Origin: Hydrolagus colliei
Lineage: Eukaryota
Direction of reading: 5' to 3'
Assembly (NCBI GenBank): GCA_035084275.1
Contig: CM068746.1
Span: 27,714,001 to 27,778,000 of the forward strand
Length of the DNA stretch: 64,000 bases
A model generated the notes under the pieces. That model made no database searches, was not told where the DNA came from, and worked only from the letters and a program-made list of their open reading frames with translations. Shown in pieces: positions 12,301-24,337 of this stretch (positions are counted from its first letter, which is position 1; each line of letters begins with the position of its first letter). The position numbers and the translations under genes were made by a program.

Positions 12301-14191
12301 GTACGTTTCTTTTTTGTTTGTTTTATGTTTCCCCATTCGTTTCCAGTCCACGGGCGAGCATGGTGGAAAATGAGATTGAGGGAATCAACCCGGATCATTG
12401 CTTTCAGGTTCGCTGAGGCAACAGAACAAGAGGTCTCTGGATCAGGGTTGAAACAGGCAATTTCAGGACAGACATCATTGAATAACTGGAATAGGCTACA
12501 AGGAAAGTTGCTAGACAACCCTGGTTGAATCCCGTGACCCCCCACCCTCCTGCTTCACTAACCCAACCAGTTTTAGACCAATTTTAATTCCCATATTTCT
12601 GCCCAGACTGATATCAAGTACTCACTGGCTAAACTCAATAAGCCATTGGGGGAGGCTTTGTGCTCTTTGGGGTTTTTCTAAAGTATTCAGACTTGCTCCT
12701 AAAGTGTATTCATCCCAGTCACTTTGTCACTGCGAATTTCTATATGCAGCAGAAATGTTCTGTAAACCAGAACCGGTTTACTCAGTGAGTTGGAATGCTG
12801 TTTCCTTGAACTTTGTAATCTGTTATGTATTAATGTATCTTTCCACATGTGCCCTTTAATAAGATTCCACTATTTGTTGAGTGGAATGGAAAAATCTGTT
12901 TTCATGCACGTCCAGTATTTTGACATCTACAATACGTAAACACGGGAGACACTGTCAATTTTCCAGTCTTCGCTAAATTAAATTCACTAATGTAGGAAAC
13001 AATAGCTGGGCTATTGGATCAGAAAGCACCAGTTCTCTGTAATCACAAAGTTTTTATTATCTGACAGACAGAAATGGGGCTGTAGAATTCTGCCACTAAT
13101 CAGGTTTTCAAACGCTGGAAAATTGAATCACCAGATGGTGTGCTGATGTCTGTGATATGATTGTATCATTAATTATAGCCTGGAACCTCAGTTGAATGAA
13201 AAACAGTCAATCAGCAAGGCCAGGTATACAACAGGAAGCACAGAGACTGTGCCAGAATGGTGTTGAACACCTTTCATTCTTGAAGCGCTAAGAGTCCTTA
13301 TGACCCTCAGCTAGCATTGAGAACCTTTGGGAATATTTCACATTACTATTTTAAAAGTTTGTTTCAGACATTGCCATTTACAGTTATTGCTGTAGCGAGC
13401 AGCAAGTTACCGTTGTCAAGTAAATTAAATAAAGAGAAGAGTTAAAAAAAGAGAAAGTAGAATTGGATAGATGGAAGTAAAAGCGTAAAATGTTTTAAGT
13501 GCCTGTTTTAATTTCATATGGTTAATGTTACATTAATAAAGCTATTCCTGACATCTAAATAGCTGTATAAATATGATGGATTTTGTTTCAATATCACTGG
13601 ATATGAATGGCAAACCTAATATAAAATAATGGTCAGCGCACAGAGCTGAGGATTCTCTGTGTCTGCCAGCAGTACTTCATGAACACTTGAGTTAGTTGTA
13701 AGATAGACTATACATCAAAAAGTCTAAATGGATGGGAATGATTATTTTCCCAGTTGACTTGCCCACTGACTCTATGTAGAGTATACTTTAATTTGATGCT
13801 ACACCTAAAGCTGAGTGTTTTTACTTTATAGCATGCACTAAAAATAAACCAAAGATATAGTATCCGTCTCCCTATGTGATGAAATAGCTAAAGTGGGGAG
13901 AGGCAGCTACATGAATGAAACACTTTTCGTTTGTATAATAAATCTGACCAAATATTTCTGAACTCTTGGTTGTCTCTCTGGTGTCAACAAATGTATGACA
14001 ATTATTGTTTTGACAACTTATGAACGATGTGCTGGAATCTTATCAATGGGCTACTGTCCGTATCCAGTTCTGAGTCTTTTTGAATTATTCGGAAAAGCTC
14101 AGCTAATTCTCAACTCCCTGAAGGTAGAATTTAAAGGCTAGCGTAAAACTAATACTGTAAATAACATCTTGTATTTTCTTTTTAAAACTAG

Positions 14192-14401
14192 AGCTGCAAA
14201 TACAGGGATACCTTGAAGGTAATTTACTGTAAAACTCCTCCCCTGAATCACTTGGAACCTACCACAGCCAAAGCATCCTTCGTCTTCAATAATGTCACTG
14301 TAGCTTCCCTTGACATTCAGTTTGTGAAGGATCCTTTGTTTGAAACATTCAAGATTCCGAAGTTCATCACCAAGGGTATCGGGAATGCACTGGAGATTAA
14401 C
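14192..14401 (+). CDS. MET: MET exon 11 equivalent
   Basis: 210 nt; SCKYRDTLKVIYCKTPPL...DPLFETFKIPKFITKGIGNALEIN; donor gtaagc. Confidence 0.9.
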
Positions 14402-14454
14402 GTAAGCAGGGTGAAATCTGGGGAGACTTTAGTACCCTGTTTAATTCTTGCTTT

Positions 14455-14730
14455 GGGTGAGATGTTAAGCTGATGTTCAGGTGGACATTTAAAGATCATA
14501 TGGCACTATTTGAAAAGAGAAGGTTTTTTTTTCCCTGGTGTCCTGGTCAACAATCACTCCTAAAATTGGTCATTTGCTCCACAGCTGTTTGTGGAACATT
14601 ACACTGCGAATCGGTTGCCTCATCTGGCTACGAAATACAGTCAATCCACTTTACAGTATATCCTGTGAAGCCTTCGAGAAGTCTTACGATGTAATAAGGT
14701 GTTATACCAAAGGCAAGGATCATTACTAAT
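14455..14730 (+). mobile_element. Deu-domain SINE fragment
   Basis: gttcaggtggacatttaaagatcatatggcactatttgaaaagaga...ccctggtgtcctggtcaac followed by the shared tail. Confidence 0.75.
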
Positions 14731-15947
14731 ATCATCATCCTGTGAAGTGCTTTAAGCAATCGTCCCAATTTGAATGGGGTCAAATGAATGGGTTATTATT
14801 ATTTTGTAGCCTTTTCAGATTTGTGATATTAAGAAAAAATTGGTTATCTAAAAGCAGAGGGGGTCTCTCAGCAAATAGATGCAGAAGTGCTACATGAATG
14901 AATTGCTAGGCTGTGACCTTCCACAATAAGACATGACTGTGGTTTACTCAGTAATTTTTTTTAAAAAAAAGAACCTTCTCTGTTTATCACAGCTTCCTGT
15001 TGTACAAAGAGTGTGTCTCAGTGCTTGACGTTATCTGCTACAGTTGGCAAATTATCTGAAGACAATCAAATGTGCTCTTTGTAGCGCTGATGTTATGGGA
15101 TTATGATTAGCTCAGTGGTTTATAACAATAAAGCATGACATGAACGCTGCTTCACATATCCAGGCCAAGCTGTTCAGTGAACAGAGATCCTTTCATTTCT
15201 GGGTTGCCCAGAAAAACACTTTGTTTTTTTTAACACTTTCACTGTGGTAATGAAAAGGAGTATTGTCTCTCCAGTTTTTGTGCCTGTAAGACAATTTCAA
15301 AAAATGCTTCAGTTGGGGGCTCGCTAGGTTCAAGCTTCCATGCCACCACATGTTTTTATGATCCAGGCTGACACTGCAAGGCGAGCTGAGGGAAAAGCCC
15401 ACTCTATCATCCAAGTTTGTGTATTTTGATTAAAACAGCCCTTCCTTCAGCTTTGGTGAAACTATTTTGAAGAAGAGCAATGTATTTCCCAGTGTCCTAA
15501 TCAATAAAAATCTATTGATTTTTCCTCATCCAAACTCACCAATCTCTCCCCACACCACCCACTCCATTGCCAATAGCAGTTGCTGGTATAGATTGGCTCC
15601 CATTATACCTATATACCCATTGATACTGTTCATAGTAGCACTAGATGTTTTCAAGCATTTAGATGCAGTAAGATACCGTATACTTTGAAGCGCTCCAAGA
15701 TGCTACTCCACATGAAAGGGGTTATATACATTCAGGTTGTTGGTGGTATCTCAACGGCAAGTTTTATTAACTGTTAGTTTTATTCATGATATGTCTCCAC
15801 ACTTTCAGTTGAAACGTTTCACACTATGACCAACATTTAATGTTTTTTTTAATGTTTAGCTGATAGCGAAGAAGACAGAACTCCATTTATATTATCGCTG
15901 ACTAATCTGCAACCTAGATTCTCTCCTTTAAAACTATTTCTTTCAAG

Positions 15948-16097
15948 TTTGAAGGCACGATTGATAAAGATGCTGTTAGTGGAAGAGTCCTAACAATTGG
16001 GAACCGGAGCTGTGAGAAAATACTACTAGAGCCAAATCGATTAATCTGCACAGTTCCAGAGGATCTTCTCTTTACAGGGAATCAATTGGATATAGAG
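15948..16097 (+). CDS. MET: MET exon 12 equivalent, IPT4
   Basis: 150 nt; FEGTIDKDAVSGRVLTIGNRSCE...ICTVPEDLL...LDIE. Confidence 0.9.
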
Positions 16098-16591
16098 GTA
16101 GGAGACTGTATACGTAAATTATAAATAGTCCTGTCACTTTGTGGCAGTCAAAAACAATCATGTGCATGGAATAACGCTCTCTAAATATTGTTTGTAGACA
16201 TTGTCTACAGTCCTGATCTGTATCCTGGTATGTGCCCCCTCCAGACCATGCATCCAATAACCCAACAACAGCTGTCTTAATGGTGGGGGTTGGAAAGGAA
16301 TATTTCAAGAGTTAAAGATCAAAATACTTTTAGATATATCAAGACAGTAGAAGAGGGCACGGATTCAGGGTTATAAAAGACAATTCAAGGACAGACACCA
16401 GGAATAATTTATTTGAGTTTCCATCTGAAAGTGGGTAGAGAAGAAAGGTGGGAATGGAAGGAATGAGTTATAACTTTAGACCAACTAACTTTCCTGGAAA
16501 TTTGGTATTAGAGGATTGAACAGACAAAAACAATAATACATTTAAAATGCTTAAGTTCTTAGGTAATGTATTTTGTTCTTTATTTTTTCAG

Positions 16592-16751
16592 TGGAAAAAT
16601 GCCAAAACATCGATTCATTTGGGGAGAGTACAGATTGTGGAAAATCATCAGGATATAACTGGATTAGTTGTTGGCGTGGTTTCAATAGCACTGTTAGTTA
16701 TTTTGCTGCTCGGAGTGCTTCTATGGATGTGCAAAATGAAACAAAGTAAAG
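16592..16751 (+). CDS. MET: MET exon 13 equivalent, transmembrane helix
   Basis: 160 nt; WKNAKTSIHLGRV...TGLVVGVVSIALLVILLLGVLLWMCKMKQSK. Confidence 0.95.
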
Positions 16752-17069
16752 GTACAAAACATCCATGAACTATCTGTTTGTTTGACTGAAAGCAGCAATA
16801 TATAAACCTGTAAAATGAGTGTTTGCGTCAGGCACTAAAATAGGACATTCACAAAGAGTAAATGTGTAGATCAACAGGTCAAGGTCGACCAGCTACAGCT
16901 CCACTTTAGTCCTAACTTTGCTTCCACAAAGCTAGATTGTGACCAAAGAAGGAACCCAGCAAGAACATGTTGTCTGAGCGAACATTTGCAGGATCGACCT
17001 GACATGCATTCAAATTCCTGCAGTATCAATTTTCTTACTCTTCTTAACATTTAATGTTATTTCGTGTGG

Positions 17070-17280
17070 CGTCCTGTAGCTCAGTGGTTAGAGCACTCGA
17101 CTGGCGAGTGAGAGATCAGGGTTCAATTTCTGGCAGGGCGAAACATTGGGCAAGTTTCCTTTCTCCGCATGCCTCTTTTTAACCAGCAGTAAGTAGGAAC
17201 CCGGATATTAGATGATTGAAGGATTGCTTTCCCAGGGGCAAGTGATGGTGCGATGGTTTTTAGCGCCACCCATTGATGCA
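17070..17280 (+). mobile_element. tRNA-derived SINE 5' portion
   Basis: A box TAGCTCAGTGG and B box GGTTCAATTTC followed by ttgggcaagtttcctt body. Confidence 0.85.
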
Positions 17281-17799
17281 AGAGGAAATATCTCATGACA
17301 TTACTCTACAAGCCAATCTGATTTATCAACCTCTGTCTTATTCAGCATGCCCAAGTGATAAATGCTCCAATGGTTGGCAGTTCAGTGATGGAGCTTTACT
17401 AGAATTTTAGTAGCTATATTGGTTGCCTTCTATATATTGCTACAAGCATTTTACCAGAACTGAGGTGCACGGCTGACACTGTATGTTATAGTACCAGCTA
17501 GAACTATGCAGATTGCTCACTGTGTATGTGCATTTTTTGGAACACTTGAAATGTAAAAATCAAGGGATTTTCTCCATAATAGAGAGCTGTTTTGCCCCCA
17601 AAAAAGTTACAGTTGAGAGTTTCAAAGGTTTTTATACAACTAAACACCAACATATAGCTTGCTGAGTGTGTGATATAAAATTTAGAGGGCTCTCAAATGT
17701 TTTTTTTTAAAAGACACACTGTTTGAAAACTCAGTCCTTGTATTGTTTCTGTATGTGGCTTGTTGCACTAGGTGTTTTAATAATACAGGCAGTTTTCCT

Positions 17800-18200
17800 C
17801 CCCAAATAAAAACAATAAATTGGTCATTTCAATCCAAGACTGTTTATGGGACACTGCTATGTGCAATTAGCTGTCACATTTTTGCCCACAAATACACAGC
17901 CAAATCACTTTAAAGTATATTCTGTTAAGTGCTTTGAGACATCGAGAAGACGTGAAAAGTGCTGTATCAAATCCAAGGATTATTATTATTTATAATTCTT
18001 CAAAAAAGAATAAGCAGAATTTGGACACTCAACCCATGTCTGTTTGTGGAACACTAGAGTGTTTAGGTGGCTATGTGCAAATGGCTGCCATATTATGCCC
18101 ACAAAATATACAGCATTCACTTTACAATATATTCTGTGAAGTATTTAAGACGTCACAAAGACGTGATGAGTTGTTATATCAAATGCAAGGATTATTATAA
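17800..18200 (+). mobile_element. two tandem SINE 3' halves
   Basis: Two copies of tgttt(a/g)tgg(g/a)acact...gcccaca...ttctgt...tatcaaat(c/g)caaggattatt. Confidence 0.8.
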
Positions 18201-18263
18201 TTTCAACCATCAATAGGTTTGAGCTTTCTTATTGTACTACTTTAAGATATTATTTCCTTTCAG

Positions 18264-18407
18264 CCACAAGTACAGATGTAGTGCGATATGATGGAGGAAC
18301 GCACACTCTTCACCTGGACAGGCTTGTCAGCACAAGAACAAGGAACAGCGTAACTGCAGAAATGATCTCTCATGAGTCCTTTGACTATAGGACAACTCTT
18401 CAGGAAG
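18264..18407 (+). CDS. MET: MET exon 14 equivalent, juxtamembrane (CBL-binding DYR)
   Basis: 144 nt, phase 1-1; [18 protein letters not shown]...[16 protein letters not shown]. Confidence 0.95.
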
Positions 18408-18663
18408 GTATGGATTTAATTTATAAAGGAAATAAAAAGAGAAGCATTCATTCCTTATATTTAAACGGTGTCCCGAATGTGGGTGGAATTGAAGCAATGT
18501 GTGGCCACTAGGGTGTTCAGGTGGACGAGAGCCAGGACTTTTCTGGTTGTCTGCAGGTGTAAGGTTCTTGTTGTCTTCCAGATGGAACAGTCTGGGACAC
18601 AAAACTGGAGTTTTTGTATGCGGTGGGCTGCTCCTTATGATTGAAACCTTGTCTATCATAGTA

Positions 18664-19396
18664 CTGTAGAAGCCTGTTTATCCATGACTCGATGAACCGG
18701 CACTTCCGTATAACCGGCACGCCAAAAAAAAGTCCCCATTCGATAAACCAGAACTTATCCGGAACAATAGTGGTGGAGCATTTGTAAATGCATAAATAAT
18801 AACATAACAACAGAATATTGTATTGGTACTTATTGTTAAAACTATTCTCTTTGCTTCTCACCTGTGCTGGTAGATGCTGCACTTGAAGCCATGATGCTGC
18901 GGTTGAGGTTTATAGTCCAGCGATTCTTTTTAAAATGGAGCACGCCAAGCGGGTGAAAAAAACGGAGCTCGACTTTAAAGCCATACTAACGGCAAGCTGA
19001 TAACACTAGCCGATAACCCACATTGTCACGCAGGTGCAGTATGTTGGTTTGCCGCTAGTAGGGTCTAGGGTTATCGGCTTGCCGCTAGTAAAGTCGTGAG
19101 ACTTTAAAATTGCCCCGCTGCCGTTTTTTTCACCCACTTGGCGTCCTCCATTTAAAAGAGAATCGCTGGACTGTAAACCTCAATCAATAAAGGTGAGAAG
19201 TGCAAGAGAGTAGTTCTAACAATAAGTACCAATACAATATTCTGTTATTATCTGTTATTATTTAGTCTGGTGTGTATGGCGTGTGTTAAAAGAACTTTAA
19301 TTTGGGTTTTTGGCTGCGAGCCGCCCGAATATCCAGCAGGTGTTTTATCCGGAATTGGCCAGGTCCCGCGGGTGCCGGATAAACGGGCTTTTACTG
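18664..19396. mobile_element. foldback MITE (pogo/Tigger-like CAGT..ACTG ends)
   Basis: TIRs ctgtagaagcctgtttatcc / ggataaacgggcttttactg plus long internal inverted arms 18797-19018 vs 19061-19260. Confidence 0.8.
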
Positions 19397-19631
19397 CAGT
19401 TATGACTCGGTTCTGAGTTCCCATCCATGTTACAGTTGAATGCTCGTTCTTAATAGTAAATTGATGCTTGCACTCGGTGTAGTGGCTTTCACATTGAGAG
19501 GACGTCTCAAATACTTTGCCCCCCTTGTTTTGAACTTATGTTCTACCAGGCATTTACTTCAAGGGGCTGTGGAATGTAATATGACTTCTTCAATTGAAGC
19601 TGAATTGTTCCTGTGTTGTGTTTATATACAG

Positions 19632-19862
19632 ATCAGTTCCAGAACATGACGCAAGCAGCATCCCGTAGACAAGCTCAGTTTTCTCATTCCGACCTGACTT
19701 GCATAGCATCAAGTGGAGACTCTGATTCAACCACACCACTGCTCCAGACACAGGTGAACATAAACATCGGCAGCTTGGACTCGGAGCTGCTGAAAGATGT
19801 GCAGCACATGGTTGTTAGTTCTGAGGAGCTCATGATGCACACTTCGGAGGTGATCGGAAGAG
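19632..19862 (+). CDS. MET: MET exon 15 equivalent; GC donor
   Basis: 231 nt; QFQNMTQ...SGDSDSTTPLLQ...EVIGR-G; donor is AG|GCAAGT. Confidence 0.93.
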
Positions 19863-20299
19863 GCAAGTTTCAAACCGTTCATGGTTCAAAATCAAGGATG
19901 CAAAAAAGAAGCTACGTTTGTATCTGAATGTTTTCCGAATTGCTTTTAAAACTGGAGCAGATCCATTACTGTCTTTGTAACTAAATAGAGTAATTTCAAA
20001 GCTTAACTTAAGTATTCCTAACTATGAAATGCCCACAAATAATACATTGGCCTTGCTCCTGGATTTCAGTCTCCATCCTTGCTGCAGTTAATCCCTGGAC
20101 TGCAATATCGAGAAGCAAAAGTTGAAAGGGGCTTTGCTGCTAACCCAAACAACATTACATTTGACTTTCTGTTGAGATTTTAAAAAATTGTGCGTGGGCT
20201 GTGTATTAGGTTTTTTGGACAGTTTCCTCAGTAACACAAGGAGGAGTGGGATGCTTAAATCAGACTGCCTTGATGTCAGGACTTTGAACTCACAATCTA

Positions 20300-20650
20300 A
20301 ATTGACACCATTACAGTGCTGGCGGTTGTTGCATTGTTGGTGGTGTCATTCTTGAATTAAATATTAAAACCAAGGTTCCATCTGCCTGTTCAGGTGGACA
20401 ATAAAGATCCCCTTTGCAGTATTGTATTCAAAAGAAACGGGAGATTCACTGAATCACCTGGCCAACAATCTCCCAAGTAAAATTGATCATTCAATTCATG
20501 TTGGTTTGTATGACATTGGTGTGTGCAAGTTGGCTGCTATATTTGCTGACAAATACACAGTCACAGTCACTTCACAGTAAAATTCCATAAAGCAGTTTGA
20601 GAGTTTCGACAATGTGATAAGGCCTATATCGATGCAAGAATTATTATTAA
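20300..20650 (+). mobile_element. Deu-domain SINE fragment
   Basis: catctgcctgttcaggtggacaataaagatccc core plus shared 3' tail. Confidence 0.7.
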
Positions 20651-20924
20651 TTCAACAAGGCTCTGCAGCTTGATGTGATATTGCTTAATTTCCAATGCAA
20701 GCTGGAAACAGACTACTGAAGAAATTTGAGAGAATCAATTGGCTACTTCACTCTAACTTTTATACCTTGAATAAATCAACTCTTAAATAAACCCCTTGTA
20801 TCAACAACAACAAAAATCAACGCACCATTAGTGTGAAGGCTGAAATCATTGACTAAGATTCACCAGACTTACATGAATTGCCATGTTGAATTTGAACTTC
20901 ACAAAGATCCTTGATATTCATGTG

Positions 20925-21862
20925 CAGGTAGACCCCGCTTAACGAAGGGGTTAGGGACTTTAAAACCCTTCATTAAGCAAAAATTTAGTTAAGCGAGAGT
21001 TTAACTGTATTACTGTATTTAGCCGCAGCCAAAACGCCGCACCGACCCAAGCCTCCCCGCTAAAATCAGTTTAGTTCCTAGTGGTTCCTAGCGCTAACAT
21101 TTCCGGTGTACAGGTTGAGCAGCCAAAAGTCTGGAGTTCCAGAATCCGGAATGTGACAAAAATTGCAGGAGTAAAAACGCCAATCCTACCTGCTCCAGGC
21201 CAGGTCTTCACAGTCACTGCATTGAAATATCGCAACCTGGGCTCAGGCATTTCAGGACACGTGACGCTCTTCTTTCTTCCTCCCCCTCCTCTCTTTCTCT
21301 CTACCCCCCACCTCTTCTCTTTCTACCCACCTCCTCTCTATCTCTCTATCCCCCCTCCATTTCTATCTCTCTATCCCCCCCTCCCCTCCTTCTCTATCCC
21401 GCCCTCCTCTCTATCTCTCTATCCCCCCACTCCTCTCTATCTCACTAAACCCCCCTTCCCCTCCCTCTCTATCCCCCCTCCCCTCCATCTCTATCCCCCC
21501 CTTTTCTCTATCCCCCCTTCATCTCTATCTCATCTCCCCTCTATTCCCCATCCCCCCCCCATCTCTCTAGCCACCCCCCCCCATCTCAACTTACTATTAT
21601 TGAAGCCACAAAGCATTCTGCCGCTTAAGCTCTTCCCATATGGGAGGGGCTGCACTGCTTAACTGAGGCACGCTAAAGATTGAGTGTACGTTGCTGGGAC
21701 AACCAGAGAGAAGCTGCGCATGAGGAGCTGCACACGAGAAGCCCGCGAGATTTAAAGTGTGTGTAAACATTCGTTATAGCGAAAGCAGCCTTTGTTAAGT
21801 GGAGAAGTGGTACAAATAGAAACCCTCGTTATAGTGAAGTTTCGGTAAGCGGGGTCTACCTG
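20925..21862. mobile_element. Tigger/pogo-like non-autonomous DNA transposon
   Basis: TIRs caggtagaccccgcttaacgaa / ttcggtaagcggggtctacctg, TA on the right flank; internal CT-rich repeat. Confidence 0.85.
21270..21590 (+). repeat. degenerate (CTCTCTATCCCCCC)n polypyrimidine tract
   Basis: Directly visible; accounts for the Pro-rich ORF 21081-21662. Confidence 0.9.
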
Positions 21863-21994
21863 TATTTAGACAGCAACATAAATGGTTATTGTTGATAATC
21901 ACAGCAATTCTCAACAATCAATTATTGTACACTGGGTTCCTGTGTCAAAAGTTTCACTTTGTTTTTGTATTGCTAATTTATTTGAATTTAACAG

Positions 21995-22075
21995 GACACT
22001 TTGGATGTGTGTTCCATGGAACACTCCTGACTCACGATGGAAGGAGCACACATTGTGCCGTGAAGTGCCTCAATA
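21995..22075 (+). CDS. MET: MET exon 16 equivalent, kinase Gly-loop and catalytic Lys
   Basis: 81 nt; [26 protein letters not shown]. Confidence 0.97.
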
Positions 22076-22763
22076 GTAAGTGATTAGGACATTAATGATT
22101 AATAATACACTGCCTTGTTTAAGTGAATTCCATCCAAAACCATCTTGGCTAACTGCTAACCACCTGCCTCTTGCAAGTCTTGGCATGCGCATCCTAGTTG
22201 CCGCCCCCGACCAGAGCTGTCCTTCCGTAAAAAAATGCTCCCATCTCTGCAACACTCCCATTCTGTCCTCTCTCTCCTTGCCTCCTGTATGCACTTGGGC
22301 ATTCCACAGCCTCCCTCTGCTCCAACCTGGGAATCCTCCCTTGGGCTCACTGTGGCACTCGATGTTGGCTGTCCAGCAGCAGCCACATTCACTGCCCATT
22401 CTCCACTATCACCGAAGTTCTGGGGACTAGACTCCAGAGGCTAACCTCTCCTCCCCCATCCTCATTCTCATCCTCTCTGCCAATCACTCCATTACCCCCC
22501 TCTCATCTCACATATTCCCCAGGCAACTGTCCCCTCTGCGCCGGCCTATAATATGTCCCTTTCCTCTGCACCAAGGCTTTGACCATCAATTATCCCCCCA
22601 CGTTGTTCAGTGCCTTGGGGCCTCCTCCTGACATGAATGGTGCTTTATAATTGTAATATTGTTGTTGTAACTTGTATTCATTTTTACAAGTTACTTAAAA
22701 CTTCTTTTAATATGTGCAATGTAATCAATGATTCACTGGTCATTTTTGACTTTGCTTCCCTAG

Positions 22764-22945
22764 GAATCACTGACATTGATCAAGTAACACAGTTCCTGAA
22801 AGAAGGAATAATAATGAAGGATTTCAAGCACGCCAATGTACTCTCTCTGCTTGGAATATGCCTTCCCGACCAAGGTTCCCCTCTGGTGGTGCTGCCGTAT
22901 ATGAAACACGGTGACCTACGTAATTTTATCAGAGAAGAAAGTCAT
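22764..22945 (+). CDS. MET: MET exon 17 equivalent, kinase
   Basis: 182 nt; [20 protein letters not shown]...[17 protein letters not shown]. Confidence 0.98.
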
Positions 22946-23531
22946 GTAAGTTTAAATTTTATTTAAAAAATACATAGCTAGCGAAGTGCAGGGAGAAATG
23001 TGACCAGATGGCATTGGAACAACTCTGTACTTGTGTTCTTTGATTCACCTTTATCAAAACTGAGAAATATGTATCTGCACACGATTAGATGTGAATTTGT
23101 AAGAAAAGTAGAGATCTATTTGAAGCTCCTATATTCCCATCTTGTCGGAAGACATAAACTACTCTTCTGTCCTCTTCACGTATCAGCATACGTAATATTT
23201 TAATACAGTTCTTAGTAGAAACAATATGGTTGATTTATAAAAATGTAGTCTCTTTTTTTATGTTTGATCCTGATCCTGTGTACTGTATTGCTGTGCAAAA
23301 TGCTGCACAGAGTGCATTGTGTATTTCATATGAACTTTGAGTGAAATTAGATTGATATCCCCAAACTCACTCTAATGTAAATGTGAGTGCCATTTTGGCA
23401 GTGTGCACCTTCCTCAAATGTCAACCACAACCATTCAAAACTGGGAAAGGTTCACCAATCTAAAAGTAATCTTATGTTCGGAGTCATATGATAGATCATT
23501 TCTGAAAACCTCTGATGTCTTTGTATCTCAG

Positions 23532-23641
23532 AATCCGACAGTGAAGGACCTTATTGGATTTGGTCTGCAAGTGTCACAAGGCATGGAATACCTCGCAAGC
23601 AAAAAGTTTGTTCACAGAGACCTTGCAGCACGAAATTGCAT
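23532..23641 (+). CDS. MET: MET exon 18 equivalent, catalytic loop
   Basis: 110 nt; [37 protein letters not shown]. Confidence 0.98.
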
Positions 23642-24171
23642 GTGAGTATGAACATGAAAATGAGTCATGTGTAAATGTCAAATCTATCTGCCTTTGTACA
23701 ATGTATTTTAGAGTAAAGATTTACACATTGTAACCGATGAAGTTGCTGTCATTTCCTTCAAACATTAAGCACGCACCTTGTACCACAGATAAATATATTT
23801 CTCTAAAATCGTGAAAGTTTACAGCACAGAAGGGCTGTCTTTACTATGAATGATCCTGTCGTAGACAGCACAATTCAAGCCACCCATTTCAGTTGGCTTG
23901 TTGAAAGCATTAACCTCTATAGTGCTCTGTGGGCATGGCACAAAAACTGGCTTGCCACTTTCCCTTCTAAAATACAAACTCGTACACTGCAGAGTAAATT
24001 CTGCGAAGCGTTTTATCCTCCAGACATTAGACGCACTATATCAAATGCAAGGATTATTTTTTCTTTCATTAGTTTAAGTGCTCTGAGATGTTATCCTGCA
24101 TGGAGAGTGCTATGTTGTTGTTATAGTTTAGAAAAGAAACATAAAAGTTATTATTGACATTTTCATTCTAG

Positions 24172-24337
24172 GCTAGATGAAAGCTACACTGTGAAAGTTG
24201 CTGATTTTGGGCTCGCACGAGATGTTTATGAGAAGGAATATTATAGCATTAACAACAAAAGCGGAGCAAAGTTGCCAGTCAAGTGGATGGCCTTAGAAAG
24301 CCTCCAGACCCAGAAGTTCACCACAAAGTCAGACGTG
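24172..24337 (+). CDS. MET: MET exon 19 equivalent, activation loop
   Basis: 166 nt; [55 protein letters not shown]. Confidence 0.98.

Noticed and set aside
18502-18519. Second CTCF-like motif tggccactagggtgttca
   Set aside because: Mismatches in the GG(C) 3' core; too weak without data.
21081-21662. 193-aa Pro-rich ORF as a transposase
   Set aside because: Derived from the CT-rich tract; no DDE or HTH motif.
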